Source of the DNA: Promethearchaeota archaeon
GTDB taxonomy: Archaea; Asgardarchaeota; Lokiarchaeia; Sigyniarchaeales; SOKP01
DNA: 64,000 bases
Assembly (NCBI GenBank): GCA_048940445.1
Contig: JBHLON010000014.1
Coordinates: 1 to 64,000 of the forward strand
Reading direction: 5' to 3'
Positions 1-10,297 of the stretch are shown in pieces (the first letter of the stretch is position 1; every line of letters begins with the position of its first letter). Both the position numbers and the translations under genes were made by a program. The notes beneath the pieces were generated by a model. The model was given only the letters and a program-made list of their open reading frames with translations. It did no database searches and had not been told where the DNA came from.

Positions 1-2069
1 GTCGTAGGATCAATAGGATTATCGCTAAAACTATTTATATAGTAATTTCCATTGTTTTTGATACAGTATGGTTCAAAAGTAGTTCCCATAATATTGTCAG
101 TATCCAAAATACTAATATTGCTTATTGGTTCTGAAACATGAATTGTTTTCCATAGATCCCCATTTTTTAAGATTTCAATTGAAGCATCCCAATTTGGACT
201 CCAGTTTGGATTTACCGAAGCTGCTTCTGATTTTAAAGCCACTGGTGCACCATCTTGAGCTAAAAAAACATTAAGTAATCTTGGAGATGTTTGGTTATTT
301 ACAATTAAGGTTGAACCCTTCCCGACTTGAATCCCATTAATTGAAAACGATAGAATGGGGCGACCATGGTCAGAATTTGCAAATATTTGTTGTTGCTCTA
401 AAGCTGAAAACACTCCTTCTCGCGTTAAATTATCTGTAAGTACTGCTGTTAAGCCTCCAGGATAAGGATGCTCATTTCTTGTATGCCAGAGGGACCACGG
501 GCGCTGATGTCCTATATATGCCCTGGTATGACTCAAACTATGTCCAGGATGCCCATCATGAACATCACTTGCGGCATATAAAGTCATTCTATATCCCATC
601 TTAAATGCATCTGTAATAGAGGATCCATATGTATATTGAGGAGGAGGATCAATTGCACCACGATAATTCAACTCATGACGTTGTTCAAACAAGAATTCTC
701 CATGCACAGATGTTACTTCTGCAATTTTAACATACTTAGGATTTATAAGGGTCCAATCCTGAATGTAAGCTCTTTTAGTTGTATGATGGGGTAATGCAAG
801 CGCGTGATCACTTGTTTTAGCAGTAAACTGATCTAACGCATTCCATAAACCATTTATTGAGGGTACAGTTAAGTACGATAAAAGTGGGTCTTTTAGCATA
901 TGATCTCCGCTAAATATACATACATAATGTCCCGTTTCTACTTGGGTCCATTCTATTCCATGAAAAGTCACAAAAATACCCGGTTCGTAATTATCATTAG
1001 TTATACTTTCAATGAAATCAAGAGAACCCGGATTGAAGAGTAGTATTTCCCCATGATCAGTAAGAGCAAAGAAGTCTAATCGAGCAATTTGTCTCGCAAA
1101 ATAGAAATTATGTTCAGCAGTACCACTACCATCCGATAATTGAGAGTGGGTATGTATATCTCCCCATGCGATTAATTGTTCATTAACCTTGTAATCTTTT
1201 ACTATAATTGGATTACTATAATATATATTTTTTGTTAAACTATCGGTTATTAATATATAATGGATACCAGGGGTTCCAATACTCATTTTAAACAAGTGGA
1301 TTCCGTTATCTTTTCCATCATTTATTTCATAGGCAATATCACTCCCAAAAAGTTGTCCAGTAAACGAATAAGGCTCTGGAAACGTGACTACAGGTGAAAT
1401 AATAGGTAAATACGTAGTTAAATTATAGGATTTAACTGCAAATTCAATTCTACCGTTATAGGTGGCACTTAACCTTTCGAAAGAGTCCCATGCTTCGACG
1501 GTAACTGTAAAGTTAGTTCCAATATTCACTTTCGAAGGTACGTTTATCCATAGAAATCGAGTATTATTATCAAACATTACTCCTAAATCAATATTTACTG
1601 ATGACCATAATCCAATTGGTGTAATAATTAAAAAAGCCAATAATAACTTTTTTCGAATAATAGGTACGTTCTTTATTCTTTTAGTAATTTGTTCTTTAAA
1701 ACACTGTGTTCTTAAAGACTTTCTTTTTAAAAACTCTACAATTAATAAAATTATAAAATATCCAACAATAAAAGAGACTCCAGACCATATAACTAACTTT
1801 AATGGAGCAAATTCTTTATAGAAGAAAATGAATACATCGATCGATGGAATGGCGAAACTTAAGATAATACCATTTCTCTTCCAAGCCCAATCCTTAAAAA
1901 ATACAAAATAAGACAATCCTATGATAATTCCAATAACGCTCCAAAAATACCAAAACATTGTAAATACAGCAAAAGCATATAATAAAAATCTGGGTATCCT
2001 CCACAAAGATGACCATTCTCTTTCTCTAAGTTTATACATACTTCCTAACAATGAGCTTTTCGACCCCAT
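1..2069 (-). CDS. Membrane-anchored PHP-domain metallohydrolase (DUF3604-like), 3' end runs off the window
   Basis: Not in the ORF track because it has no stop in the window. ATG at 2069 follows AGGAGG; N-terminus is hydrophobic; in-frame WGDIHTHSQLSDG...LDFFALTDH and PHH PHP metal motifs. Confidence 0.8.
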   Translation of the reverse strand, partial: MGSKSSLLGSMYKLREREWSSLWRIPRFLLYAFAVFTMFWYFWSVIGIIIGLSYFVFFKDWAWKRNGIILSFAIPSIDVFIFFYKEFAPLKLVIWSGVSFIVGYFIILLIVEFLKRKSLRTQCFKEQITKRIKNVPIIRKKLLLAFLIITPIGLWSSVNIDLGVMFDNNTRFLWINVPSKVNIGTNFTVTVEAWDSFERLSATYNGRIEFAVKSYNLTTYLPIISPVVTFPEPYSFTGQLFGSDIAYEINDGKDNGIHLFKMSIGTPGIHYILITDSLTKNIYYSNPIIVKDYKVNEQLIAWGDIHTHSQLSDGSGTAEHNFYFARQIARLDFFALTDHGEILLFNPGSLDFIESITNDNYEPGIFVTFHGIEWTQVETGHYVCIFSGDHMLKDPLLSYLTVPSINGLWNALDQFTAKTSDHALALPHHTTKRAYIQDWTLINPKYVKIAEVTSVHGEFLFEQRHELNYRGAIDPPPQYTYGSSITDAFKMGYRMTLYAASDVHDGHPGHSLSHTRAYIGHQRPWSLWHTRNEHPYPGGLTAVLTDNLTREGVFSALEQQQIFANSDHGRPILSFSINGIQVGKGSTLIVNNQTSPRLLNVFLAQDGAPVALKSEAASVNPNWSPNWDASIEILKNGDLWKTIHVSEPISNISILDTDNIMGTTFEPYCIKNNGNYYINSFSDNPIDPT

Positions 2070-2247
2070 ATTTTATAACCTCCTTTTCTTTAGATCAAAA
2101 AGAATTTGCTTCAACTCTTGCGTATAAATGATTTTCAATAAATAAATAATTAATATTTACCTATTAAATAAAAAATTATTTTAATAATATGATTAGAATT
2201 AATTTTATATCAAATGATATTGAGATAATTTTAAAAAATGAACATAT

Positions 2248-3723
2248 ATGATTGATGCTAATATTTTTAATGAATTAAAAAGCATTGTTGGAGACAAATA
2301 CATTTCTGACACTCCTGAAATTACTTTTTTATATCACTATGATTTCATTACTGCTGAGCCTGAAGGTAAGTGTGATATTGCAGTTATGCCAAATAATACA
2401 GAGGAAATTCAAGAGATAGTAAAAATCGCTAATAAATACAAAATTGCAATAGTGCCTTGGGTTTCAGGTATTAACTTTGGCTCTATTGCTACTCCAAGAA
2501 AAGGAGGAATTGTCATCGATATGCGAAGAATGAATCGAATTCTTGACGTGAATGAAGATGATATGTACATAGTCGTTGAAGGTGGAATTACTTGGGCAGA
2601 TTTAAAAGGATATTTAGATAAATACTTACCTAACTTTCGAGCAGGAATTACATTCTCTCCACCAGGTACAGGAGTCATTCCATCTTGCTTGTGTTACGGG
2701 ATGTTTGATTTAGGGATGATTGGAGGGACAGGAGCTGAATTTATTAACGGTTTAGAAGTAGTTTTAGGATCAGGTGAGTTAGTTAGAGTGGGTTCATGCA
2801 GTCTTTCTAATTGTTGGTATGGTAGACAACCATTACCAGACTTAGCTGGATTATTTATTGGCTGGGAAGGCACAACTGGCATAGTTACAAAGGCATCTAT
2901 AAAATTATGGCCAAAATTACCTTATCGAACTGATTATGCTATCATTGCACAAACTGTAGATATTGGTGTTTCTATGATGCTTAAGCTTTCAAAAGCTGGT
3001 TTAGGAATTGTAGATTTATGTGGATTAAATTTAGGTTGGACTCAAGCTCTAATGGGGTTCGATGAAAAAAAAGTAGCAATAGATCCTATTAAGCTAGGGT
3101 TACCTGATTTCCTAGGATTAATTACGACACAAGCATATACTAAAAATCAACATGATGCTCAATGTGAAGCAATTAACGACATTTGTAGAGAGTTTGAAAT
3201 CGATCCTATGAAATCTGAGGAACAAATCAATAATTTTCCAGAAAATATGATCGGAATTTTGAGAGACTTGACACCCTCTACAGGAGGAGGCACACCTCTC
3301 CAATTATGGGGCTGCTGGGACTTTGCACGAGGCGGTGGTGGGGAATGGATTGGCTCTTATTGTTCTACTAGAGATATTATAAAATATTATCATCTATCAA
3401 GGGAAAAATGTCTTAAATATGAGAAACCGCCTCAATTCTATATGCGAATTTTATTTGGAGGTCATTATTGTGTTGCTCGTAGTAATATTTGCTTTAATAA
3501 GAATGATCCTGAAGATATAGAAAAAGCACGCGTTCTTTTAATGGAAATTCATGAAGCAGTACAACAATTAGATGGGGTTATAATGTATAAACCACCTTTA
3601 TGGGTAGTAGATATTCATAAAAAGAAGACTCTTCCAGCTACCAGTAAATTAATTAAAAAAATTAAAACATTATTAGATCCCAATGGAATAATGAATCCTG
3701 GACAAGGGATTGAAGGTGAATAA
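2248..3723 (+). CDS. FAD-binding oxidoreductase (GlcD/D-lactate dehydrogenase family)
   Basis: P..TEEIQEIVK.A, GLEVVL.SGE, G.EGT.GIVT and C-terminal LDPNGIMNPG are FAD_binding_4/FAD-oxidase_C motifs. Confidence 0.85.
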   Translation: MIDANIFNELKSIVGDKYISDTPEITFLYHYDFITAEPEGKCDIAVMPNNTEEIQEIVKIANKYKIAIVPWVSGINFGSIATPRKGGIVIDMRRMNRILDVNEDDMYIVVEGGITWADLKGYLDKYLPNFRAGITFSPPGTGVIPSCLCYGMFDLGMIGGTGAEFINGLEVVLGSGELVRVGSCSLSNCWYGRQPLPDLAGLFIGWEGTTGIVTKASIKLWPKLPYRTDYAIIAQTVDIGVSMMLKLSKAGLGIVDLCGLNLGWTQALMGFDEKKVAIDPIKLGLPDFLGLITTQAYTKNQHDAQCEAINDICREFEIDPMKSEEQINNFPENMIGILRDLTPSTGGGTPLQLWGCWDFARGGGGEWIGSYCSTRDIIKYYHLSREKCLKYEKPPQFYMRILFGGHYCVARSNICFNKNDPEDIEKARVLLMEIHEAVQQLDGVIMYKPPLWVVDIHKKKTLPATSKLIKKIKTLLDPNGIMNPGQGIEGE

Positions 3724-4969
3724 GGTGGAGAAAGGAAAAAAAATTGAACTTCTTAAAGGTAAAGGAATTACTAAAATAACCACTGTTCCTAATATAAAGA
3801 AACTTAAGAATTATCAAGACGTAGATTATTATAGAGACGTACTTTATCAATGCGGAAAATGCGGGACTTGTCGAACAACTTATCAACAAGAGTATTGGGC
3901 TCGAGTATGTCCATCTGGAGAATTTGGTAAATTTGAAGCCTATTATCTTGGCGGGAAAAATCTACTTGCTTGGGCACTTAATACTAATAAGATAGAATGG
4001 ACAGATAATCTTGCAAAAATATTTTATAAATGTTCAGTTTGTCAAGCATGCATGCAGCAATGTCAGATACCAGAAATCCATCATTATGCTGGTGAATGGT
4101 TGATGGCTATGAGAGAAGGAGCCGTTAATAAAGGATTAGGTCCTATGCCTGAACACAGGGCTTATACTGACCATATTTTAAAAGAAAATAATCCCTATAT
4201 GGAAAATCATCAAGATAGAATCCAATGGATACCTTCCCATATAAAGCAGTCAATTGATAGTAAAACTGCTTATTTTGTAGGATGTACTAGTAGTTATCGT
4301 GAAAAATCAATAGCAATTTCTACAGTAGAGATACTGAATAAATTAGATCTTCCGTTTAAAATCTTAAAAGATGAACATTGTTGTGGCTCACCAGTATATA
4401 TGACTGGGCAAACTGAAATTGCCAAACAAATTGCAGAAACAAACGTAAAAATATTTGAAAAGGAAAATATACAAAGAATAATAACCTCATGTGCTGGTTG
4501 TTATCGAATGTTAAAAGAGGTATATCCCAACAAATTTGGGTTAAACCACAACCTAGAGATTCTGCATCTACCAGAATTATTATTAAAAGGTATCAATGAC
4601 GGAAATCTAAAATTTGAAAAAATATTATCTATGAAAATAACTTATCACGATCCTTGTCATCTTGGTCGCCACATGGGTATCTATGAAACCCCACGAGAAT
4701 TGTTAAAAAAAATTCCCGGAATTGAACTGATTGAAATGGTGAGAAATAGATATAATGCTTGGTGCTGTGGTTCTGGAGGGGGTGTTCGATCTGCTTTTAA
4801 AGATTTATCTGAATTTGCAGCTAATGAACGAATTAAAGAAGCAAAGGAAACAAAAGCAGAAGCAATAATATCATCTTGTCCTTTTTGCGCCAATCAGTTC
4901 AAAAATAATCTAGATGAAAATAAAATATTAGTTTTAGATATAGCTGAATTAGTTAGAAAAGCGCTCTAA
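3710..4969 (+). CDS. Fe-S oxidoreductase with CCG domains (GlcF/HdrD-like)
   Basis: CxxCxxC ferredoxin motifs, two CCG domains (HCCG, TYHDPCHLGR, WCCG, SSCPFC); overlaps the upstream gene. Confidence 0.85.
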   Translation: MKVNKVEKGKKIELLKGKGITKITTVPNIKKLKNYQDVDYYRDVLYQCGKCGTCRTTYQQEYWARVCPSGEFGKFEAYYLGGKNLLAWALNTNKIEWTDNLAKIFYKCSVCQACMQQCQIPEIHHYAGEWLMAMREGAVNKGLGPMPEHRAYTDHILKENNPYMENHQDRIQWIPSHIKQSIDSKTAYFVGCTSSYREKSIAISTVEILNKLDLPFKILKDEHCCGSPVYMTGQTEIAKQIAETNVKIFEKENIQRIITSCAGCYRMLKEVYPNKFGLNHNLEILHLPELLLKGINDGNLKFEKILSMKITYHDPCHLGRHMGIYETPRELLKKIPGIELIEMVRNRYNAWCCGSGGGVRSAFKDLSEFAANERIKEAKETKAEAIISSCPFCANQFKNNLDENKILVLDIAELVRKAL

Positions 4970-4976
4970 CTCTTTA

Positions 4977-6239
4977 TTAAGGAAATAATCCTCTTAATTC
5001 ATGAGATCTTGCCAAATTAGAAATTGCAATCATGTAAGCAGCATTTCGTAGAGAAGTATTCTTTTCTTTCGCCAAAGTCCATACCTTCTCAAAAGCTTCC
5101 ATTAAAATTGTTTTCATTTCCCGATTTACTCGTTCTAAATTCCAAAAATATGCATGCATACTTTGAATATATTCAAAATATGACACAATCATTGAGCCAC
5201 TATTAGCTAAAATATCTGGAATGACTAGAATACCTTTCTCATTTAGGACTTTATCTGCTTTGGAGGTGACTGGACCATCAGCTCCTTCAAGAATTACCTT
5301 ACAATTCACTTCATTAACATTCTTACTTGTAATTTGATTTTCTATTGCTGCAGGTATCAAAATATCACATTTTATTTTAAATAGATCCGCAAGAGGTATA
5401 TGCTTTATTCTTGAGTCTTGAAAGTCTCTAAGCTGATTTCCCTCTTGCTTCCATTGAATAATTTTATATAAATTTTTAACTAAACCCTTTTCAGAATATA
5501 AGCCTCCTGTACTATCTGAAACAGCCAAAATTCGACAGCCTTTTTCATAAAGAATTTGAGCAATCACGCTACCTACTTTACCGAATCCTTGAATAACAAT
5601 ATTTAATTCATCCAAATTGTAATTTAACTTTTTAGATAGAGATTGTAGTATATAGTACATACCAGTACCAGCTGCTTCATTACTTCCAACGGTTCCTCCT
5701 ATTTCAATTGGTTTTCCTACAGCTACACTTGGGACTGATCTTCCTTTTTGCATTGAATATACATCCATCATCCAAGCCATGGTTTCCTCGTTTGTATTAA
5801 CATCTGGGGCTAATATATCTATATCATGTCCTATCATATTTATTATTTCAGCAGTATATCTACGTGTGAGTTTTTCTAATTCTTTTTTAGATAACTTCTT
5901 ATAAGCTACACGAATACCTCCTTTAGATCCACCTAAAGGTATGCCTAATAATGCATTTCTAAATGTCATGAGAAATGCTAAAGCTTTTACGTCATCAAGT
6001 GTTAAGTCTGATAAATACCTCACCCCACCTATCGCTGGACCGCGCATAGTTGAATGATGAACTCGATAACCTTCAAAAATCTTAAGTGATCCATTATCCA
6101 TAATGATAGGAATAGAAACAATTAGTGATCGCTCAACACGCTTGAGATATTCTATAGTATTACGATTCAAATTAATTAAAGTCGCTGCAATTTCCAATTG
6201 CTTTTTCCTAGTCTCATAAGGATTTGGTCTTGGGAGCAA
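4977..6239 (-). CDS. Glu/Leu/Phe/Val dehydrogenase family protein with altered substrate site
   Basis: GYRV.H, GGSKGG, APDVNT, QGFGKVG, PAAIEN, VIPDILAN, VSYFE; glutamate-binding lysines are substituted. Confidence 0.9.
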   Translation of the reverse strand: MLPRPNPYETRKKQLEIAATLINLNRNTIEYLKRVERSLIVSIPIIMDNGSLKIFEGYRVHHSTMRGPAIGGVRYLSDLTLDDVKALAFLMTFRNALLGIPLGGSKGGIRVAYKKLSKKELEKLTRRYTAEIINMIGHDIDILAPDVNTNEETMAWMMDVYSMQKGRSVPSVAVGKPIEIGGTVGSNEAAGTGMYYILQSLSKKLNYNLDELNIVIQGFGKVGSVIAQILYEKGCRILAVSDSTGGLYSEKGLVKNLYKIIQWKQEGNQLRDFQDSRIKHIPLADLFKIKCDILIPAAIENQITSKNVNEVNCKVILEGADGPVTSKADKVLNEKGILVIPDILANSGSMIVSYFEYIQSMHAYFWNLERVNREMKTILMEAFEKVWTLAKEKNTSLRNAAYMIAISNLARSHELRGLFP

Positions 6240-6249
6240 AACTTATCAC

Positions 6250-7284
6250 CTATAAATTAACAAGACTATATTCAACAAACTTAAGAGGATATATAGCGCA
6301 TCCGCTTGAATCTAAGCCTCCCAATTCATTTAAAATATATTCATCAATGGGATTTTCGTTAAGCCATAAATCTTTTAAATTTAATAATGATTCTAAACCT
6401 TTGATTTTGTTGATCTTATTGTTTCCTAGATCTAATGTCTCAAGTTCCTGAAGAGTTTCTAACCCCTTGATATGTGATATATTATTTCCAGAAAGAAATA
6501 ACTTATTCAATTTAGTTAATGAGTATAATCCTCCAATCTGACTGATACTATTTTCTTTTAAATTTAGGACTTTAAGATTTATACATTTATCTAATTCTTT
6601 AATTTCCTTAATCTGATTTGATGTAATCCAAAAAGTCTCTAACTCTTGAAGGGAATCCAACCCTTTTAATTCTTTTATTAAATTTTCATTTAGATATAGT
6701 TCTTTTAACTCACTTAAATTATCTAAACCTTCTATACTTGAGATTTGGTTTCCAGCTAGGTTTAATACTTTAAGTTTATTTAGATTTTCTAGACCCTCTA
6801 ACTTTTTAAGTTGATTTCCAGCTATCCATAACACCTCTAGATTATGTAAGGAATTAAGCCCCTTTAACTTATGAATAGCATTCCAAGATAGATCTAATTT
6901 TTGGAGAGAATTTAATGCATCTAACCCTTTTATTTCTTTTATTTGGTTACCTCTAAGGTATAATTCTTTCAAATTAATGAGATTTTCTAAACCTTTTATC
7001 TCTCTAATTTGATTTGAAGCCAAATGGAGAATTTCTAATCTTTCTAATTTATCTAATCCAGAAATTTCGATAATACTATTACTTCCGAGATTTAAAATAG
7101 TTAATGAAGTTAAATGATTTAAACCACGAATCTCTTTTAATTCATTTGAGCTTAATTCTAAGTTTTTTATATCAATACTCTCCAATCCCTTAATTTCAGA
7201 GATATTTGTTATACCTAATAATCCAAGATCTAGAAAATATTCCTTAATTTCATATCTTTCGCCCTTAATTTCTACGTAATTCAT
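6250..7284 (-). CDS. Leucine-rich repeat protein (SDS22-like)
   Basis: About 13 tandem 22-aa LxxLxLxxNxIxxIxGL repeats. Confidence 0.95.
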   Translation of the reverse strand: MNYVEIKGERYEIKEYFLDLGLLGITNISEIKGLESIDIKNLELSSNELKEIRGLNHLTSLTILNLGSNSIIEISGLDKLERLEILHLASNQIREIKGLENLINLKELYLRGNQIKEIKGLDALNSLQKLDLSWNAIHKLKGLNSLHNLEVLWIAGNQLKKLEGLENLNKLKVLNLAGNQISSIEGLDNLSELKELYLNENLIKELKGLDSLQELETFWITSNQIKEIKELDKCINLKVLNLKENSISQIGGLYSLTKLNKLFLSGNNISHIKGLETLQELETLDLGNNKINKIKGLESLLNLKDLWLNENPIDEYILNELGGLDSSGCAIYPLKFVEYSLVNL

Positions 7285-7427
7285 AAAATTCCCATGAATT
7301 TGAATAAATGTTTAATAAAAATGAAAGCTCTGAAAATATAATTAATTCAGATAAGATATATAATTTTTTCTTTCTGAAACATAATTTGATTTTATATTTT
7401 AATTTTTAATTAGATAACAGAAGGTTT

Positions 7428-8393
7428 TTAATTAGAAAAATAAGATTCAATTTTTTCATCCATATTCAATACCTCATGGATTATTTCAGCAAGTTCTTCC
7501 TGTGAAACTTTATTGGCATCTATAAATTTCTTCGCTAGATTATAGTATCTTTTCTGAGTCTCTGGATTTGCATAATTCTTCAGTTTAGAACTAAATGAAT
7601 ATAAACTTGAATACACTTCCTTATATTGACCATAAAGAATAGATTTACCAAATAAACAATCTAAAGCTGATTGCAATGATTCTTTTGCTTTTGATAAATA
7701 ATATTTTAATCGAAGAATATTATCGTATACCTCATCTTTCAAGATTTTTAATCTTTTTTGATAATCAACTAAAATCTCACGATCCTTTACATCCTCAGAG
7801 ATTTTTATAATCTCTTGACAAATCTTTAACTTATTGATGATATTGCTTTCAAGTTCAAGATTATTAATTGCTGCTTCTCTTTTTTTCTTGATTTCATCGG
7901 TTTTTTCCCTTAATTTTTCAGAGAGTTCTCCTTTCTGTGTCCAGATCGAACTTAAAATATCTCCCTGTTTTTCAATCAATAACATAGGGTCAATTATCTT
8001 TTTATGAGATAATATTAATTTATTTATATTCTCGTCAAAATTCTCATAAAGTCTATGATCTATAGGATTTCTTTCGAATAAAGCTTTAAAATCTACTATT
8101 ATTTTAACTAATTCGGAAGACAATTTTTCCACAATCTTATTATCTTCTTTATCAGCAATAATTACTAAGTCAATTAAAAGTTCTGGAACTTTAGCTACAT
8201 ACCCATTAATTTCTCCTAATCCGATTGTCCTTAACTCTTGTACTTCTTTGGGTATTATCCCGGTTATGAAATTTTTCAATGCATTGAAAAATGAACCGAA
8301 TAATTCCATAGTTTTATCGCTTTTAACTTGAAAATCCTTTTCATATAAAAGCGCTCCTGTTTCAGATTGATAAAGAAATAAAAAATATAGCAC
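7428..8393 (-). CDS. Hypothetical protein, N-terminal longin/roadblock-like domain plus helical C-terminus
   Basis: N-terminal pattern (FLFLYQSETGALLYEKDF...LFGSFFNALKNF...LRTI) resembles longin folds. Confidence 0.5.
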   Translation of the reverse strand: MLYFLFLYQSETGALLYEKDFQVKSDKTMELFGSFFNALKNFITGIIPKEVQELRTIGLGEINGYVAKVPELLIDLVIIADKEDNKIVEKLSSELVKIIVDFKALFERNPIDHRLYENFDENINKLILSHKKIIDPMLLIEKQGDILSSIWTQKGELSEKLREKTDEIKKKREAAINNLELESNIINKLKICQEIIKISEDVKDREILVDYQKRLKILKDEVYDNILRLKYYLSKAKESLQSALDCLFGKSILYGQYKEVYSSLYSFSSKLKNYANPETQKRYYNLAKKFIDANKVSQEELAEIIHEVLNMDEKIESYFSN

Positions 8394-8549
8394 TAAAGAC
8401 TCCTCTATATAATAATCCCATTAAAACAATATGTGATAAATATTCACTTATCTAATGGTTTATTAAAATATAAATAAATTAATAAAATACTTCTATTTTA
8501 TAATTTTAATTTTTAAAATTTTTAGTATATTTTCATTTAATGGTATATT

Positions 8550-8660
8550 ATGCTAGTGTGTCAAACTTGTGGATCAATCATTTCTGGAAGAAATGAAGGA
8601 TATCATTATTGTTACGCGTGCCAGAAAATAACTTATCATCTGTCTTTCAGGTTTAAGTGA
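8550..8660 (+). CDS. 36-aa zinc-finger microprotein
   Basis: MLVCQTCGSIISGRNEGYHYCYACQKITYHLSFRFK*, two CxxC pairs; below the ORF-track cutoff. Confidence 0.55.
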   Translation: MLVCQTCGSIISGRNEGYHYCYACQKITYHLSFRFK

Positions 8661-8864
8661 TAGATGATCGCGAATAAAATAATATTAAAATAAAAAGTCT
8701 GGATGAGATTTATACTAAAAGATGTGGTATAAATTAACAACTTCGTGAGGGTGACTATCGTTGATTGAAATAAAGAACCTGAGTGTTATAATTGTGGGAG
8801 TTGTTTAAATGAAAAGAAATTTTTAAGGATCTTGTTAAGCGGAACTTAATAATAAGTAGAAAAT

Positions 8865-10160
8865 TTAATGATAACGCTTTAAATATATTATCCACCAATG
8901 TAATATACAAAGTTGATTATCCCAATTGTAGTATGCGTTAAGAACAAATCTTGAGGGTTTACACAATCCGACCCCATCATCCCAAATAGGAAAATGGTCC
9001 GAAGAATTAGCAATTCCGGTTATATCATACGGAGTATCACCAATTCCATCATCATTTGCATCCACACCAATGTAGTCATCCCAATAATTACCAATTGTTC
9101 CATTATCCCATTGATTATTAATCCCTTTATCCTCTGCGTTTATAGTGTTATTAATAAAACTATTCTCACAAATAAGATTATTAAAGGAATATTTGTCAAT
9201 AGAAACACCCTTTCCTTTATTTCCTTCAATAAGATTTTTATAAATAACATTATTTGTATTATCTACGACAATCCATGATTCAAATCTTACTCCATCTCCA
9301 TTATTATTAGAGATTATATTATTTTGAACGATATTAGACTGGGATTCTTCAATATGTATCCCATTAGAATAAGAATTTGAAAGATTATTGTTATAGATAG
9401 TATTATAACTACTATATCTATAAATGGTTATACCTCGATAACTTTGTGATACTAAATTATCCTTCACTATGTTGTTATCACTCCCTCCTTGAAGTAATAT
9501 CCCACTATATCCACTATTATAGACTTTATTATTCTTTATTATATTATTATCGCAATCTTGCCTTAAAACAATTCCATCTTGCCCATTATCAGAAATTAAA
9601 TTGCTAGATATTGTACAATTATCATAAAATGCCTCCAAATCGATTCCGGCTCTACGATTATTGAATAGGATATTATTAGATATCAAATTGTTAGTTCCAT
9701 CACCTTGAAAGAAAATGCCATTATCACCATTATAAGATATATTATTATTAAGAATTTTTGCATTACTTATACTTCTTAAATACATACCACTAAAATATCT
9801 ATCATTTATTCGAGGAGCATTAAAGAATATACAATTCCTAATAATGAAAAAAGCACTTGAATAGGCTATATAAATGCAATACATATATGGGGATTCTTCA
9901 CCATTAACAGCTACGTTCTCAATAACATATGGATCGTTTATTATCCCTGATCCTTTACACCAATCATATGTGTTACTTGTAGTGAACCAATTCTTTGTAG
10001 GATCAGTATCGTCAATATATATTCCATTAACTTTCCAGAATCTTTTGGATTTTAAAACAATGGTTTTATAGTCTAATTCTAAAAAGAGAATAAAACCTTC
10101 AATAATTATTAGTGAAAATATTATTGATGTTATTATCAGTAATTTATATTTCAAATTCAT
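8865..10160 (-). CDS. Secreted/surface right-handed parallel beta-helix protein (NosD/CASH)
   Basis: N-terminal TM, repeated NNxIxxN..GI units, GNYWDDY..DANDDGIGDTPY motif. Confidence 0.85.
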   Translation of the reverse strand: MNLKYKLLIITSIIFSLIIIEGFILFLELDYKTIVLKSKRFWKVNGIYIDDTDPTKNWFTTSNTYDWCKGSGIINDPYVIENVAVNGEESPYMYCIYIAYSSAFFIIRNCIFFNAPRINDRYFSGMYLRSISNAKILNNNISYNGDNGIFFQGDGTNNLISNNILFNNRRAGIDLEAFYDNCTISSNLISDNGQDGIVLRQDCDNNIIKNNKVYNSGYSGILLQGGSDNNIVKDNLVSQSYRGITIYRYSSYNTIYNNNLSNSYSNGIHIEESQSNIVQNNIISNNNGDGVRFESWIVVDNTNNVIYKNLIEGNKGKGVSIDKYSFNNLICENSFINNTINAEDKGINNQWDNGTIGNYWDDYIGVDANDDGIGDTPYDITGIANSSDHFPIWDDGVGLCKPSRFVLNAYYNWDNQLCILHWWIIYLKRYH

Positions 10161-10297
10161 TTATACTGGGAGTTTTCGAGTTATGATTTCTAAACTTATT
10201 TGTCACAAACTATCATTTAAACTTTTCGTTCAAGGAAAGTGAGAAATCTAAATTTTGAAGAATAATTAAATTTTAAAAAAACTTCTTTCTTCATAGT

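Noticed and set aside
1462-2127. Two plus-strand ORFs (119 and 68 aa)
   Set aside because: Antisense to the long PHP-domain gene; no motifs.
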